A DNA stretch of 64,000 nucleotides from a candidate division FCPU426 bacterium (GCA_040756875.1 JBFLYH010000002.1:510526-574525), one strand, 5' to 3'. Numbered from the stretch's first letter, positions 1 to 10,277 are shown. The notes: generated from the letters alone by a model not told the origin. Translations and numbers: made by a program.

Positions 1-1
1 C

Positions 2-2215
2 GTGCTTCTCGACCAGATACGGGTGCCCGCATTGCGGGCAGGCCTGGGCCACCGGCCGGTTCCACGACACGAACTGGCACTCCGGATACCGGCTGCAGCC
101 GTAGAACATCCGGCCGCGGCGGCTGCGGCGTTCGATCACCTGGCCTGTGCATCCCGGTTTCGGGCAGGCCATGCCGATCTCCTTGTTGATCGACTTGGTG
201 AATTTGCACTCCGGGTACCGGCTGCACGCCAGGAATTTCCCGAAGCGGCTGTACTTGACCCTCAGCGGGCTGCCGCAGGTCTCGCAGGTGCCGGACACTT
301 CCTCCTCGGGTTGCACCGTGATGCGGCCGTCGGCGTCCCGGTTGAGGGGCTTGGTGTTGCGGCAGGCGGGATAATTGGAGCAGGCGATGAACTTGCCGTG
401 CCGGCCCCATTTCACGGTCAGCCGGCCCCCGCATTTTTCGCACACCTCATCCAGCGCCACCTCCACCTCGGACTTGACGTCCTGCATGTCCCGCTGCGCC
501 CGCTCGAGATCCTGGTGGAAAGAACCGTAGAAATCCTTCAGCACCTGCGTCCACTCGGCTTCGCCGGATTCGATCAGGTCCAGCTTGTCCTCCATGGACG
601 CGGTGAATTCGATGTTCAGAATGTCCGGAAAATGGGCCACCAGCAGGTCGTTGATGATGATCCCGATCTCCTCCGGATGAAACCGCCCTTCCCGGCGTTC
701 CACGTAGTTGCGCGCCAGAATGGTGCTGATGATCGGCGCGTACGTGCTGGGACGGCCGATGTTGTTCTCTTCCAGCGCCTTGACCAGCGTGGCGTCGTTG
801 TAGCGGGCAGGCGGCTGGGTGAATTTCTGCTCCGGCCGCACGCCCAGGCGGTTGAGGGGCTGGCCGTCCGTCAGGACGGGCAGCTGCTTGTCCGTGCTTT
901 CGCCCCCGGCCTGGCTTTCCGCGTTTTCCGCCCCCTCCTCCGCGGTCTCGGCGTACAATTCCAGGAAGCCGCGAAATTTCAAAACCGACCCCGTGGCGCG
1001 CAGAATATACGGCCCGGCCTGGATGTCCACGCTGGTGGCGTCGTACAGCGCGGGATTCATTTGCGAAGCCAGGAAGCGCTGCCAGATCAGGCGGTACAGC
1101 TTGAACTGGTCGGCCGTCAGGTGCTTCCTCAGGGTCTCCGGCGACTTGTCGGCCGAAAAGTACGTGGGCCGGATCGCCTCGTGGGCGTCCTGCACCGCGC
1201 GCTTGCTGCGGTACTGGGGCGCTTTGTCGGGCAGGTATTCCTGCCCGTACTGGCCCGCAATGTACTCCCGCGCCTGCCCCTGGGCTTCGCTGCTGACGCG
1301 CACCGAGTCCGTGCGCATGTAAGTGATGAGCCCCACCGGACCCTCGCTGCCGATCTCCAAGCCCTCGTACAGCTGTTGGGCCACGAGCATGGTCTTCTTG
1401 CCCGTGAAGTGCAGCTTATTGGCCGCTTCCTGCTGCAGTTTGCTGGTAATGAACGGCGGCGCCGGAAAACGCCGCTGCTCCTTGCGTTCGACCTTGGCCA
1501 CCTGGTACGAGGCGGCTTCCAGTTCCGCCACCACGGCCTGACTGGCGGCTGCATCGTGGAGCTCGAGTTTTTCCCCGTTCTTGCTCAACACCAGGGCCGT
1601 GAACTTCTGGCCGGATTCGGTGGCCAGGTCCACTTCGATTTTCCAGTATTCCACCGGAACGAACTTTTCGATTTCCCGTTCCCGGTTGACAATCAGCCTG
1701 ACGGCCACGGACTGCACCCGGCCCGCGGAAAGCCCCTTGCGCACTTTCTTCCACAGCAGGGGCGAAAGCGAATAACCCACCAAGCGATCCAGAATGCGCC
1801 GGGCCTGCTGGGCGTTGACCAGGTTCTGGTCGATCTCCCGGGGCTGGTGAATCGCCTGCTCGACCGCATGCTGGGTGATTTCATTGAACATCACGCGGTA
1901 GATGACCTTGCTCTTGCCATTCAATTCCTGGTTCAGATGCCAGGAGATGGCTTCCCCTTCCCGGTCCGGGTCAGGCGCCAGATAGATTTTATCCATTTTG
2001 GACGCCAGGCGTTTCAGTTCCTTCAGAATTTTCGAGCGGGAACGGATTGTTATATAATGTGGTTTAAACCCGTCTGCAACGTCCACGCCCAGCTTGCTTT
2101 TAGGCAAATCCCGCACATGACCCATGGAGGCCACGACTTTAAAAGTCTTGCCCAGGATCTTATTGATGGTCTTTGCCTTGGCCGGAGATTCAACTATTAC
2201 CAGATTCTTCTGCAT
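2..2215 (-). CDS. topA: DNA topoisomerase I (3' end runs off the window)
   Basis: Manual translation of the minus strand from ATG 2215: MQKNLVIVESPAKAKTINKILG...APDPDREGEAISWH...GLSAGRVQS, with C-terminal zinc-ribbon repeats (GCSRYPEC, CPQCG). Missing from the ORF track because its stop is outside the window. Confidence 0.97.
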   Translation of the reverse strand, partial: MQKNLVIVESPAKAKTINKILGKTFKVVASMGHVRDLPKSKLGVDVADGFKPHYITIRSRSKILKELKRLASKMDKIYLAPDPDREGEAISWHLNQELNGKSKVIYRVMFNEITQHAVEQAIHQPREIDQNLVNAQQARRILDRLVGYSLSPLLWKKVRKGLSAGRVQSVAVRLIVNREREIEKFVPVEYWKIEVDLATESGQKFTALVLSKNGEKLELHDAAASQAVVAELEAASYQVAKVERKEQRRFPAPPFITSKLQQEAANKLHFTGKKTMLVAQQLYEGLEIGSEGPVGLITYMRTDSVRVSSEAQGQAREYIAGQYGQEYLPDKAPQYRSKRAVQDAHEAIRPTYFSADKSPETLRKHLTADQFKLYRLIWQRFLASQMNPALYDATSVDIQAGPYILRATGSVLKFRGFLELYAETAEEGAENAESQAGGESTDKQLPVLTDGQPLNRLGVRPEQKFTQPPARYNDATLVKALEENNIGRPSTYAPIISTILARNYVERREGRFHPEEIGIIINDLLVAHFPDILNIEFTASMEDKLDLIESGEAEWTQVLKDFYGSFHQDLERAQRDMQDVKSEVEVALDEVCEKCGGRLTVKWGRHGKFIACSNYPACRNTKPLNRDADGRITVQPEEEVSGTCETCGSPLRVKYSRFGKFLACSRYPECKFTKSINKEIGMACPKPGCTGQVIERRSRRGRMFYGCSRYPECQFVSWNRPVAQACPQCGHPYLVEKH

Positions 2216-2528
2216 CTTTCCTCGCCGTATATATATAGATAAATGGCCCCGGCCAACGTAGACCAGTGGCCCGGGTTCTTTCCCTCCGAAGAAATCCCAC
2301 AACGCTCTTTCCGGGCACAGTCCCCAAAGGAACCACTGTCCGGGAATGCCTGAGGAGGGATCGAATAATAATTTAAGCACAGGCTGCTTGTAAAAGTCAA
2401 TAAATTCCAGGAGAAAACCGAGGCAAGAAAAAAACGATTTCAACACGACATACAGGCGGAATTTTCTTATCGGCAACCACAATTGATTTCTCTAAAATAA
2501 CTTCAATATTTCTACAAAAATAATGACG

Positions 2529-3299
2529 TCATTTGCATTGAATAATACCCAGGCCACTCCTGCAGCCAACGATGCGGTTGGAATCCACTCGTCCGGCGAA
2601 GCGCACGTCCATCGCAAATCCCAGCTTGCTTATTTTTTTTCCGTGCGGAGTGGAAACGAGAAAGCGCGTCCAGTTATTAATGCCGCGCGCCGACCTATAA
2701 GCAGCGCTCGCTTCTCTTGACCAGGTTTTTTCCCAGGCCTGAGGATCAGGGCTGCGTTTTCTCAGGCCGGCCAGCAACTTTCCCAAAACAGCGGTATCCT
2801 CGGGCGAGGTGCGGCCCTGATCGCCGGCTGCCAGCAAGACCAGATGTTTTTCAGGCCTGCTTGCCAGCCTGCTGCAAACCGAGGACAAATTGAGCAGGCT
2901 GAGAATGAACACCCGCCTGGCCGGTGCCGCGGCAGCCAGCGCGCGCGTGCCGTTGCTGGTCGTGAGAACCACTTTTTTGGGAGGAAGGTTCAAAAAAGCC
3001 AAGGGCGAATTGCCCAGGTCAAAACCCCGGACCGCCAAACCACCCCGCTCTCCTGCCAGGTAGCACGGTTCTCCGTCCGCACGCAATTGCGCGGCCGTGC
3101 GCCTGGCTGAAGCCAGCGTGGCGCAGGGCAGAATGCGGGGGCAACCGGCTGCCAGGGCTGCAATCATGGTCGTGGTGGCGCGCAGTACGTCGCACACCAC
3201 GACCGTGGCCCCCCGCACATCCGCGACGCGGACAGCGGCCGGATGCGGAAAAAAGTCTACCCTTGGCCACCAGGATGTGCCGTCTGCCGCTTTACGCAT
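2529..3299 (-). CDS. comB: 2-phosphosulfolactate phosphatase family protein
   Basis: Motifs VVCDVLRATTT, LAGERGG...GFDLGNSP, LTTSNGTRAL. Confidence 0.9.
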   Translation of the reverse strand: MRKAADGTSWWPRVDFFPHPAAVRVADVRGATVVVCDVLRATTTMIAALAAGCPRILPCATLASARRTAAQLRADGEPCYLAGERGGLAVRGFDLGNSPLAFLNLPPKKVVLTTSNGTRALAAAAPARRVFILSLLNLSSVCSRLASRPEKHLVLLAAGDQGRTSPEDTAVLGKLLAGLRKRSPDPQAWEKTWSREASAAYRSARGINNWTRFLVSTPHGKKISKLGFAMDVRFAGRVDSNRIVGCRSGLGIIQCK

Positions 3300-3356
3300 G
3301 GGTTCCCACAGTCTCCGGATCAGTTCTGGACCAGATGAGACGGGCGCGCCCTGTCT

Positions 3357-4121
3357 TCAAAACATCAGGATCAGGGCGCCGGCAATGCTGCCGCTGACCG
3401 CGTTCAAGACCGGCGTGCCGCTGAAAACCGAACGGGACAGGCTGTACTGCAGCTCCAGGCCCCAGCCCGCGCTGTCGCGGTAGCGGAATCCCAGCAGCCC
3501 CTGCCAGCGGGAGCCAGTGCGTTGGGTCGCATAGCGGATGACTTCGATGTCCAGTACGGTGAAATAAATGCTCTCGAAAAAATCCACTCCAGTCCAGGGC
3601 GCGTACCCGGCCAGGGCGGAGAGCGTCAAGCTTGGAGTCACCTGCCACTGGTACCCCAGCAGGCCTTCCGTGTATTGTTCCTGATAGCGCATGAATGTAT
3701 AGTGGCTGGGACCTTCATAATGGGTAAGGTTGCGGTGGGTGTAGCGCGCGCCGGCGGTAAAGCCGCCGAAAAAGCGGTACAGCACCTCGGCGGTCCATTG
3801 ATCCTGGCCGACCCAGTAGAACGGTTCGGCGCTCAGCCTCGGCTGCCCTGGAATGTCCCATTCCCCGCTGACGTTCCAGTCCGACCATCCGCCCGCGAGC
3901 GTGGCCAGCCAGCCGGCTTCGGCCCAGCTCACCCGGGCGTGCGTGAGCGTGCTTTGCAGGACCGTATCGTACTTTTGCCCGACTCCGTCCTCGAACTGGG
4001 TGTGCAGCGTGAAGTATTCCATGCCCGCGCCCGCTTCCCACGCGGCCCCGGCGGTCAACGGCAGCAGGCATCCGGCCGCAGCCGCCAACACCGCCAGCGC
4101 CAAACCCGGTTTGAACGTCAT
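3357..4121 (-). CDS. Putative outer-membrane beta-barrel protein
   Basis: Start re-assigned to MTFKPGLALAVLAAAAG (ATGA overlap with dprA stop); signal peptide, aromatic amphipathic strands, C-terminal Phe. Confidence 0.65.
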   Translation of the reverse strand: MTFKPGLALAVLAAAAGCLLPLTAGAAWEAGAGMEYFTLHTQFEDGVGQKYDTVLQSTLTHARVSWAEAGWLATLAGGWSDWNVSGEWDIPGQPRLSAEPFYWVGQDQWTAEVLYRFFGGFTAGARYTHRNLTHYEGPSHYTFMRYQEQYTEGLLGYQWQVTPSLTLSALAGYAPWTGVDFFESIYFTVLDIEVIRYATQRTGSRWQGLLGFRYRDSAGWGLELQYSLSRSVFSGTPVLNAVSGSIAGALILMF

Positions 4122-5233
4122 ACCGCCTCCCCTGCCCAGAGAAAACACGGGCCCGGACAGCTGCGCACCATTCCCAGCAGTTCCAGGCGCGTCAGCTCGG
4201 CCAGGAGCATGGGCAGCGGCTGCCGGCAGCGCGCAGCCAGCAAGTCGATGTGCAGGGTTTCCGCGCCCAGGGCCTGACGGATCGTCTCCTGGCCGGGCGT
4301 CAGTACCGCGCTGGTGGCCGGGTCCGCGGCTGCCGCCGGAACGGGCATCCGCCGCGGCCGCGAAGATTGCGGCAGTTCCCGCAGAATGTCCTCGGCGCCG
4401 GTGATCAGCTTGGCGCCGTCCTGGATGAGCGCGTGCGCGCCGCGCGATTGGCGCGACTGGTACGGCCCGGGCACCGCGAAAACGTCCCGGCCCTGTTCCC
4501 CGGCCCAGCGCGCCGTGATGAGCGCGCCGGACTCCGGTCCGGCTTCCACGACCACCACGCCCTGCGACAGGCCGCTGATGATCCGGTTGCGGCGCGGGAA
4601 ATGGGCGGGGCGCGGCTCCACGCCCAGCGGAAACTCGCTCAGCACGGCGCCGCTTCCGGCCACGCGTTCGGCCAGACGCTTGTGCTCGGGCGGATACACC
4701 CGGTCCAGCCCGTGCGCCAGCACGGCCAGCGTGCGGCCGCCGGCCCGCAGGGCCGTTTCGTGGGCCTCGGCGTCGATGCCTCGCGCCAGGCCCGAGACGA
4801 TTGCATATCCGGCTGCGACCAGGTCGCGCGTCAACGACCGGGCCGCGGACAATCCGTACTCGCTCGCCCGCCGCGTGCCGACCAGGGCCAGGGCCTGCTG
4901 GTCCCCGGGCTCCAGCCGGCCCCGTACGTACAGCACGGGCGGCGGGCAGGAGGTGAAACGCAGGTTGGCCGGGTAGTCGGATTCCTCCAGGGTCAGCACC
5001 CGCACGCCCAGGCCGGCGGCGCGTTCGCATTCCCGCCGGGCCGCCTCCTCCCAGGCAAAACCCCGGAAGTGTTCGGCCAGGCTGTCGCCGCCGCGCAGGG
5101 CCTGCCAGGCCGCGGCTGGCGCGGAAAAAACCGCGGCCGCGGAACCGCAGCGCTGGGCCAGCAGATGGGCGGTGGACGGACCGATGCCGGGGATGAGATT
5201 GAGGGCAATCCAAGCGAGGCGATCAGCTGGCAT
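4118..5233 (-). CDS. dprA: DNA-processing protein DprA
   Basis: VGTRRASEYG, VSGLARGIDAEAH, FPRRNRIISGLS, GALITA; C-terminal winged helix. Confidence 0.95.
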   Translation of the reverse strand: MPADRLAWIALNLIPGIGPSTAHLLAQRCGSAAAVFSAPAAAWQALRGGDSLAEHFRGFAWEEAARRECERAAGLGVRVLTLEESDYPANLRFTSCPPPVLYVRGRLEPGDQQALALVGTRRASEYGLSAARSLTRDLVAAGYAIVSGLARGIDAEAHETALRAGGRTLAVLAHGLDRVYPPEHKRLAERVAGSGAVLSEFPLGVEPRPAHFPRRNRIISGLSQGVVVVEAGPESGALITARWAGEQGRDVFAVPGPYQSRQSRGAHALIQDGAKLITGAEDILRELPQSSRPRRMPVPAAAADPATSAVLTPGQETIRQALGAETLHIDLLAARCRQPLPMLLAELTRLELLGMVRSCPGPCFLWAGEAV

Positions 5234-5344
5234 GCGTGCAAATCCTTGTTGAAATCGGCCTTGACTGCTGACAGATATTACCACGACGGCGCGAAGCGCA
5301 CGCAAGAAAACGCCGGGCAGGAAGGAAAATCGAAAAAGCTGCGG

Positions 5345-7477
5345 CTATCCGAACGTTATTTCGATTTCCGCGCCGTCGCGCAGGGGCGTGGTGAAAGCCG
5401 CCTCCTGGCCGTTGACTTTCAGCTTCAGCGGTCCGGCGTTGGGCGGCGGCGTGAGGTTCAGGTCCGCCAGGGCCTGGGACAGGATCGGCGGCTGGCCTCC
5501 GGCGGATTCGACCACGATTTCCGCTTCCGGCGGAACCGGGTCATCCACCCCGGCCGGCTGGCCGTTGAGCAAAATGCGCGCGCCGCCGGTTTCCAGCCAC
5601 TTGGGTTCTCCGTTCACCATGACCTTGATCTGCTGGCGGATGGGCAGTTCGCCGAGCAGGTCGCGGAGGCGGACGGACTCGGGCACGGCCTGCGACCATT
5701 CGATGCGGTCGCCGGGTTTGGGATGGTAATCCGGCGCGCACGGCCGGCCGTTGGCGTGCAACCGCGAGGGATGCATGCGCCGCACTTCGCGCGTTTGTCC
5801 GTTCATGCGGATGGAGATGTTTTCCTCGGCCGGATCGGCGGCCAGGCCGGCTGTTTCCGGAACCAGCTGGGCCAGGCTGCGGTCGGAAACCCAGGCCAGC
5901 TCGCTGCGGTCAGGCAAGGGGTCGTCGCCGGCCGCCGGTTGGCCGTTGGCCGCCAATACGACGGCCAGTTCGATGTTTTGGCCGTTCACGGTGCACCAAA
6001 AAGGCCCCTGCGGCCGCGGCACCTGGGAAGGCCGCAGCACCGCGTCCTGCCCGTCCACCGCCTCGGTCACTTCCACCCGCGAGCCCTCGGCCACCGGGGT
6101 GTCGAGCGTGGCCGGCTTTCCGTCCACGCTCAGCCGGGCCGGTTCGCCGATGGTTCCGGGCACGGTCTGCAGTCGGCCGTCCAGGGTATAGGTCAGGGCC
6201 TGGCCCGGACGGGGGACCAACCGCTTGATCTCGCGGCCCGCGGACAAAAGCGCGTCAAAAACCGTGGGGCGTTCATGCAAGGCCAGCAATTGCACGGCCT
6301 CCTGGTTCACCCGGGCGTCCAGGAATTTGAGTCCCCGGCCGCGCAAGGCGGTCAGGGCGATGCCCAGGGGCGTGACGCCTTCGATGCCGTGCAACCAGGG
6401 CGTGGGGTTGTCCACGCCCGCGATGGTTTCCGGCCCGCGCGCGCCGACGCGGGTGGGTTCGAGTTCCAGCGCTCCAGCCACTGCTTCGCCCAGCCCTGCC
6501 AGGCTGCTGCCGCCGCCGACCATGACCACGGCCCGGGGCGACCCGCCGTTCAACTGCCGGATGGGCTCGGCGATGGCTTGGGCGAGCCGGGCCATATCCT
6601 CGACCAGGGCTTTCCGCACTTCCGCCACGGTCAGGCGCAGCGGCTGGTTGAGGATGCTCACCGCTTCCAGCACGGTGTCAGCCGGCGCGTCGAGCCTGCG
6701 TTTGAGGCGCTCGGCCTCCTGAAAACTGAGCAGATAATGTTCGCACAGCCGTTCGGTCACTTCATCGCCGGCCTGCGTGACCATGGCGTAGCCGAACACC
6801 GAACCGTCGCGCGTCAGGGCGATGTCCGAGGTGCCGGCGCCGATGTCCACCAGCGCGAGGTTCAGGCGGCGCAGGTCCTGCGGCAGCACCGCTTCCAGGG
6901 CCGCGATGGGCTCCAGGGTCAGGCTCGTGGCCTGCAGGCCCGCGCGGCGCAGGACGACCAGCAGCGAATCCACCACCTGGCGCGGCAGGAACGTCGCCAG
7001 CACCTCCACGCCGATTTCCAGGCCCCGGTGGCCGGCAATGTCGTCCAAGGCCTCGCCGTCCACATATTGCCGGACCGTGGAGAACCCGACGCAATGGAGC
7101 TGGCCCGAAGGCTGCAGGCCGGCCTGAGCCTGCCGGACGGCCTCCAGTTCCATTTCCAGCACGGCGGCGTGCTGCACTTCCGCCGGAAACGGCAGCCTCC
7201 GTTTGGCCTGCCCCGGCCGGGTCAGCAGGGCGCGTCCGGCCGCGGCTACGGCCGCGCTGCGGAGCTTCAAGCCCAGATCCGCCTCGAGCGCCGCTTTGAC
7301 CTCGGCCACCACGGCGGCCACGGCCTCGACCTTGTGCACCTGGCCGTCCAGCATGGCGCGGTCCGGGTGTTCCTGCACGCGGGCGGCCAGCACCCGCAGG
7401 CCGCGTTCCCGCGGCTCCACCACCAGTCCCGCGACTTTGCGGGTGCCGATGTCGAGGGCGAAAAGCGGCGCGGTCAC
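5345..7477 (-). CDS. FtsA-like actin-fold ATPase with C-terminal ThiS/MoaD-like (beta-grasp) repeats
   Basis: GTG start overlaps cheC stop; actin motifs LDIGTRKV, EPIAA, VDIGAGTSD, VGGGSSLAG; C-terminal repeats of the form xNG(Q/R)PAxxDxPxxxGxxIEx. Confidence 0.8.
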   Translation of the reverse strand: MTAPLFALDIGTRKVAGLVVEPRERGLRVLAARVQEHPDRAMLDGQVHKVEAVAAVVAEVKAALEADLGLKLRSAAVAAAGRALLTRPGQAKRRLPFPAEVQHAAVLEMELEAVRQAQAGLQPSGQLHCVGFSTVRQYVDGEALDDIAGHRGLEIGVEVLATFLPRQVVDSLLVVLRRAGLQATSLTLEPIAALEAVLPQDLRRLNLALVDIGAGTSDIALTRDGSVFGYAMVTQAGDEVTERLCEHYLLSFQEAERLKRRLDAPADTVLEAVSILNQPLRLTVAEVRKALVEDMARLAQAIAEPIRQLNGGSPRAVVMVGGGSSLAGLGEAVAGALELEPTRVGARGPETIAGVDNPTPWLHGIEGVTPLGIALTALRGRGLKFLDARVNQEAVQLLALHERPTVFDALLSAGREIKRLVPRPGQALTYTLDGRLQTVPGTIGEPARLSVDGKPATLDTPVAEGSRVEVTEAVDGQDAVLRPSQVPRPQGPFWCTVNGQNIELAVVLAANGQPAAGDDPLPDRSELAWVSDRSLAQLVPETAGLAADPAEENISIRMNGQTREVRRMHPSRLHANGRPCAPDYHPKPGDRIEWSQAVPESVRLRDLLGELPIRQQIKVMVNGEPKWLETGGARILLNGQPAGVDDPVPPEAEIVVESAGGQPPILSQALADLNLTPPPNAGPLKLKVNGQEAAFTTPLRDGAEIEITFG

Positions 7478-8088
7478 TTGGCCACCTGGATGGCCCGCAG
7501 AATGATGTCGAGGGAGACCTTGTCGGGCATGAGGAAGAAGTACCCTTGGATGACCCGTTGGGATTCCATGAATTCGGTCTCGATGCAGATGACTTCGGCG
7601 CTGGACGGCAACCCCTTGGAAAGCTCGTTTACCACGGCTTCCGCCATGTCGAAGACCAATTGCGGCACGGACTGCAGCAGGAGCAGTCCCAAAAATTCCG
7701 TGAGCGCGTTCAGGTAGGCGCCGGCCAGGATGTTGCCGGCTTCCTTGATGGCCGAGTGCTCCAGCATGGTCAGGGTTTGGCGCTCGCCCGCATCCTGCTT
7801 GGTCAGGAGGCTGGCCAGTTGCAGCGCGCTCTGCCGCGGCAGGATGAGCACGATCTTGGAGGAAATGTCCCCCAACACGTGCATGGTGACGCCGGCCACC
7901 AGGGCCTGGGAACCGCCGACCAGGTCCACCACCCGCGCCAGAGGCAGGCACAGCACCTTGGGCACGGAGATGAGGATTTTCTTGTCGATCAGCTGGGAGA
8001 GCGCCGTGGCCGCGTGGCCGGCGCCGATGTTTCCGACCTCCTTCACGGCGTCCAACTGCAAATCCGACAACGCCCGAATATCCGCCAC
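7474..8088 (-). CDS. cheC: CheY-P phosphatase CheC
   Basis: Two CheC motifs: DAVKEVGNIGAGHAATALS and SAIKEAGNILAGAYL. Confidence 0.93.
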   Translation of the reverse strand: MADIRALSDLQLDAVKEVGNIGAGHAATALSQLIDKKILISVPKVLCLPLARVVDLVGGSQALVAGVTMHVLGDISSKIVLILPRQSALQLASLLTKQDAGERQTLTMLEHSAIKEAGNILAGAYLNALTEFLGLLLLQSVPQLVFDMAEAVVNELSKGLPSSAEVICIETEFMESQRVIQGYFFLMPDKVSLDIILRAIQVAK

Positions 8089-8119
8089 GATCCTACCTCC
8101 CGCTCCCAGAGTGTTTAGC

Positions 8120-10189
8120 TCAATTAATCAAACTAGGCACGTCGAGCACCAGCGAAATGCGCCCGTCGCCCAGAATGGTGACGCCGGAGAAGCCCTTGAC
8201 GGCCTTTAACAGGCTCCCCAGCGATTTGATCGCGATTTCCTGCTGGCCCAGCACTTCGTCCACCAGCAGGCCCACGCGCATTTCCCCCACTTCGGTCACC
8301 AGCACCGCGCGGTTGGGGCTGCGCGATTCCTCGCCCGGCACCTGCAGCACGCGGTGCAGCCGCAGCAGCGGCAGCACGCTGTCGCGGTACATGACCACCT
8401 CGCCCTGCTGCACGAACTTCACCGCCGCCTCGTCGAAATCGATGGTCTCGACGGTGTTGATGACCGGCAGCGCGTACACTTCGCTGCCCACCCTAAACAG
8501 CAGCGCCTGGATGATCGCCAACGTCATGGGCATGCGCAGAATGAAGGCGCTGCCCCGGCCGGCCAGGCTTTCAATGCGCAGGCTGCCGCCGAAGGATTCG
8601 ATCTTGGTCCGGACCGCGTCCACACCCACGCCCCGGCCGCTGACCTCGGTCACCCGCTTCGCGGTGGTGAAGCCCGGCAGGCTGACGAGGTTGATGGCTT
8701 CCTGGTCGGTCAGGCGCTCGCTTTCCTCCTGGTTCATGATCCCGCGTTCCACCGCCACGCGGCGGTTCACGGCCGGGTCGATCCCCCGGCCGTCGTCCTG
8801 CACCTGGATGATGACGTGGTTTTTTTCCCGCGTGGCCGTGAGGCGGATCAGCCCCTGCCTGGATTTGCTTTGTTTCTGGCGTTCGGCCGGGTCCTCGATG
8901 CCGTGGTCCACGGCGTTGCGCAGCAGGTGCACCAGCGGGTCATTGATCTCGTCGAGCACCGTGCGGTCCAGTTCGATGTCCTTTCCCTCCATCACCAGTT
9001 CGATTTCCTTTCCGCCCTCCTTGGCCAGGTCGCGGACCATGCGCGGAAAGCGGTTGAAAATGTGCTCCATGGGCACCATCCGCACTTCCGTGACTTCGTC
9101 CTGGAGGTCGTTGGTGATGCGGTCGAACTGGATCAGGGCCTCTTTGAGCTCCTTGAGGCCGTGACGTTTGGATATCTGGGTCAGGCGGATCTTGCTGATG
9201 ACCAGCTCGCCCACCAGGTTTTGCAGGTTGTCCAGGCGTTCGATGCTCACCCGGATGCTCTGCAGGGCCCGGTTGGCGGCCGGCCGGGCCTGGCGCTCTT
9301 CCGGCGCCACGGGGCGGGAGACGAGCACCTTGGCGCGGGCGCGGGTTTCGCCGAAAAAGTCGTCCACCTTGTCGGCGGTCAGGGTTTCGAGGTCGAAACT
9401 CTCGATCTCCGAAATGCTCTTCAGGCTCCGCTGCAGCAGTTCAGCCTTGCGCTGGGACAGGGCCAGGAGCAGGAACTCGCGGTCGAACTGCCCTTCCTGC
9501 AGGGCCTGCGGCTCGGGATAGCTGGCGATGACCTCGCCGTGTTCGGACAGGGCCTTGAAGACCATGAAGGCCCTCACGCCCTTGAACATGCAGGTGGTTT
9601 CCAGCTTCACGCGGACGCCGTAGATCAGGTATCCTTCGGCTTCGGCCTTGGATACCAGGCTGTCCAGGTGTTCAATGCCCGCGTCAGCTTCCGACACGGA
9701 GGTCATGGGCGCCCGGGCCGCAGCTGGCGCTGCGGCCGGCGCCGCGGGAGCGGGTTCTGCCGGCTGTTTTTCTACGGCGCCCCGGTCCCGCGCCGAGGCG
9801 GGAAGGTCCTGGCCGCTTTCCACCAGCCTGAGTTTTTCGACCAGGGCCGTCACGTCGACCTGTTTGGGCTGGGCCGAGGAAATCTCCTCGATCAGGAGCT
9901 GCAGCGTGTCCAGACACTCGAACAACACGTCCACGATGCCGGGGGTGATGGCGCTCCGGCTGCCGCGGAGCTTGTCCAGCACGTTCTCCATCTGATGGGT
10001 CAGTTCGGTGATTTGGTCGAACCCCATGGTGGCGGACATGCCTTTGATGGTGTGCGACGTGCGGAAGATTTCGTTGAGGGAATGGCTGTCCGAAGGGTTT
10101 TTTTCCAGCGTCAGCAGGGCCTGGTTCAACCGGTCAAGGTGTTCCAGGGATTCGCTGATGAAAAGGTCTTTGTATTCGAGAGTGTCCAT
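8120..10189 (-). CDS. cheA: Chemotaxis histidine kinase CheA
   Basis: Hpt FRTSHTIKGMS, P2, HLLRNAVDHGIE, DDGRGID, GRGVGVDAV, C-terminal CheW-like domain. Confidence 0.97.
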   Translation of the reverse strand: MDTLEYKDLFISESLEHLDRLNQALLTLEKNPSDSHSLNEIFRTSHTIKGMSATMGFDQITELTHQMENVLDKLRGSRSAITPGIVDVLFECLDTLQLLIEEISSAQPKQVDVTALVEKLRLVESGQDLPASARDRGAVEKQPAEPAPAAPAAAPAAARAPMTSVSEADAGIEHLDSLVSKAEAEGYLIYGVRVKLETTCMFKGVRAFMVFKALSEHGEVIASYPEPQALQEGQFDREFLLLALSQRKAELLQRSLKSISEIESFDLETLTADKVDDFFGETRARAKVLVSRPVAPEERQARPAANRALQSIRVSIERLDNLQNLVGELVISKIRLTQISKRHGLKELKEALIQFDRITNDLQDEVTEVRMVPMEHIFNRFPRMVRDLAKEGGKEIELVMEGKDIELDRTVLDEINDPLVHLLRNAVDHGIEDPAERQKQSKSRQGLIRLTATREKNHVIIQVQDDGRGIDPAVNRRVAVERGIMNQEESERLTDQEAINLVSLPGFTTAKRVTEVSGRGVGVDAVRTKIESFGGSLRIESLAGRGSAFILRMPMTLAIIQALLFRVGSEVYALPVINTVETIDFDEAAVKFVQQGEVVMYRDSVLPLLRLHRVLQVPGEESRSPNRAVLVTEVGEMRVGLLVDEVLGQQEIAIKSLGSLLKAVKGFSGVTILGDGRISLVLDVPSLIN

Positions 10190-10277
10190 GGAGCCCCGCG
10201 GGCGTTCCCCGTGCCGGGAACGGCCCCGTTATCTCGCTTTTGGCCTGAAAACAGCTCCAGGCAGCAGCATCGTTTTA

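Noticed and set aside
2-2242. 746-aa plus-strand ORF and similar long plus ORFs (4250-7717, 8354-10312, 27696-29393, 45775-47598, 58865-60463)
   Set aside because: Antisense shadows of well-supported minus-strand genes in GC-rich DNA; no recognisable motifs
3357-7951. ORF-track 618-aa (3357-5213) and 868-aa (5345-7951) proteins as fusions
   Set aside because: Their N-terminal parts overlap dprA and cheC in other frames; the real starts are 4121 and 7477
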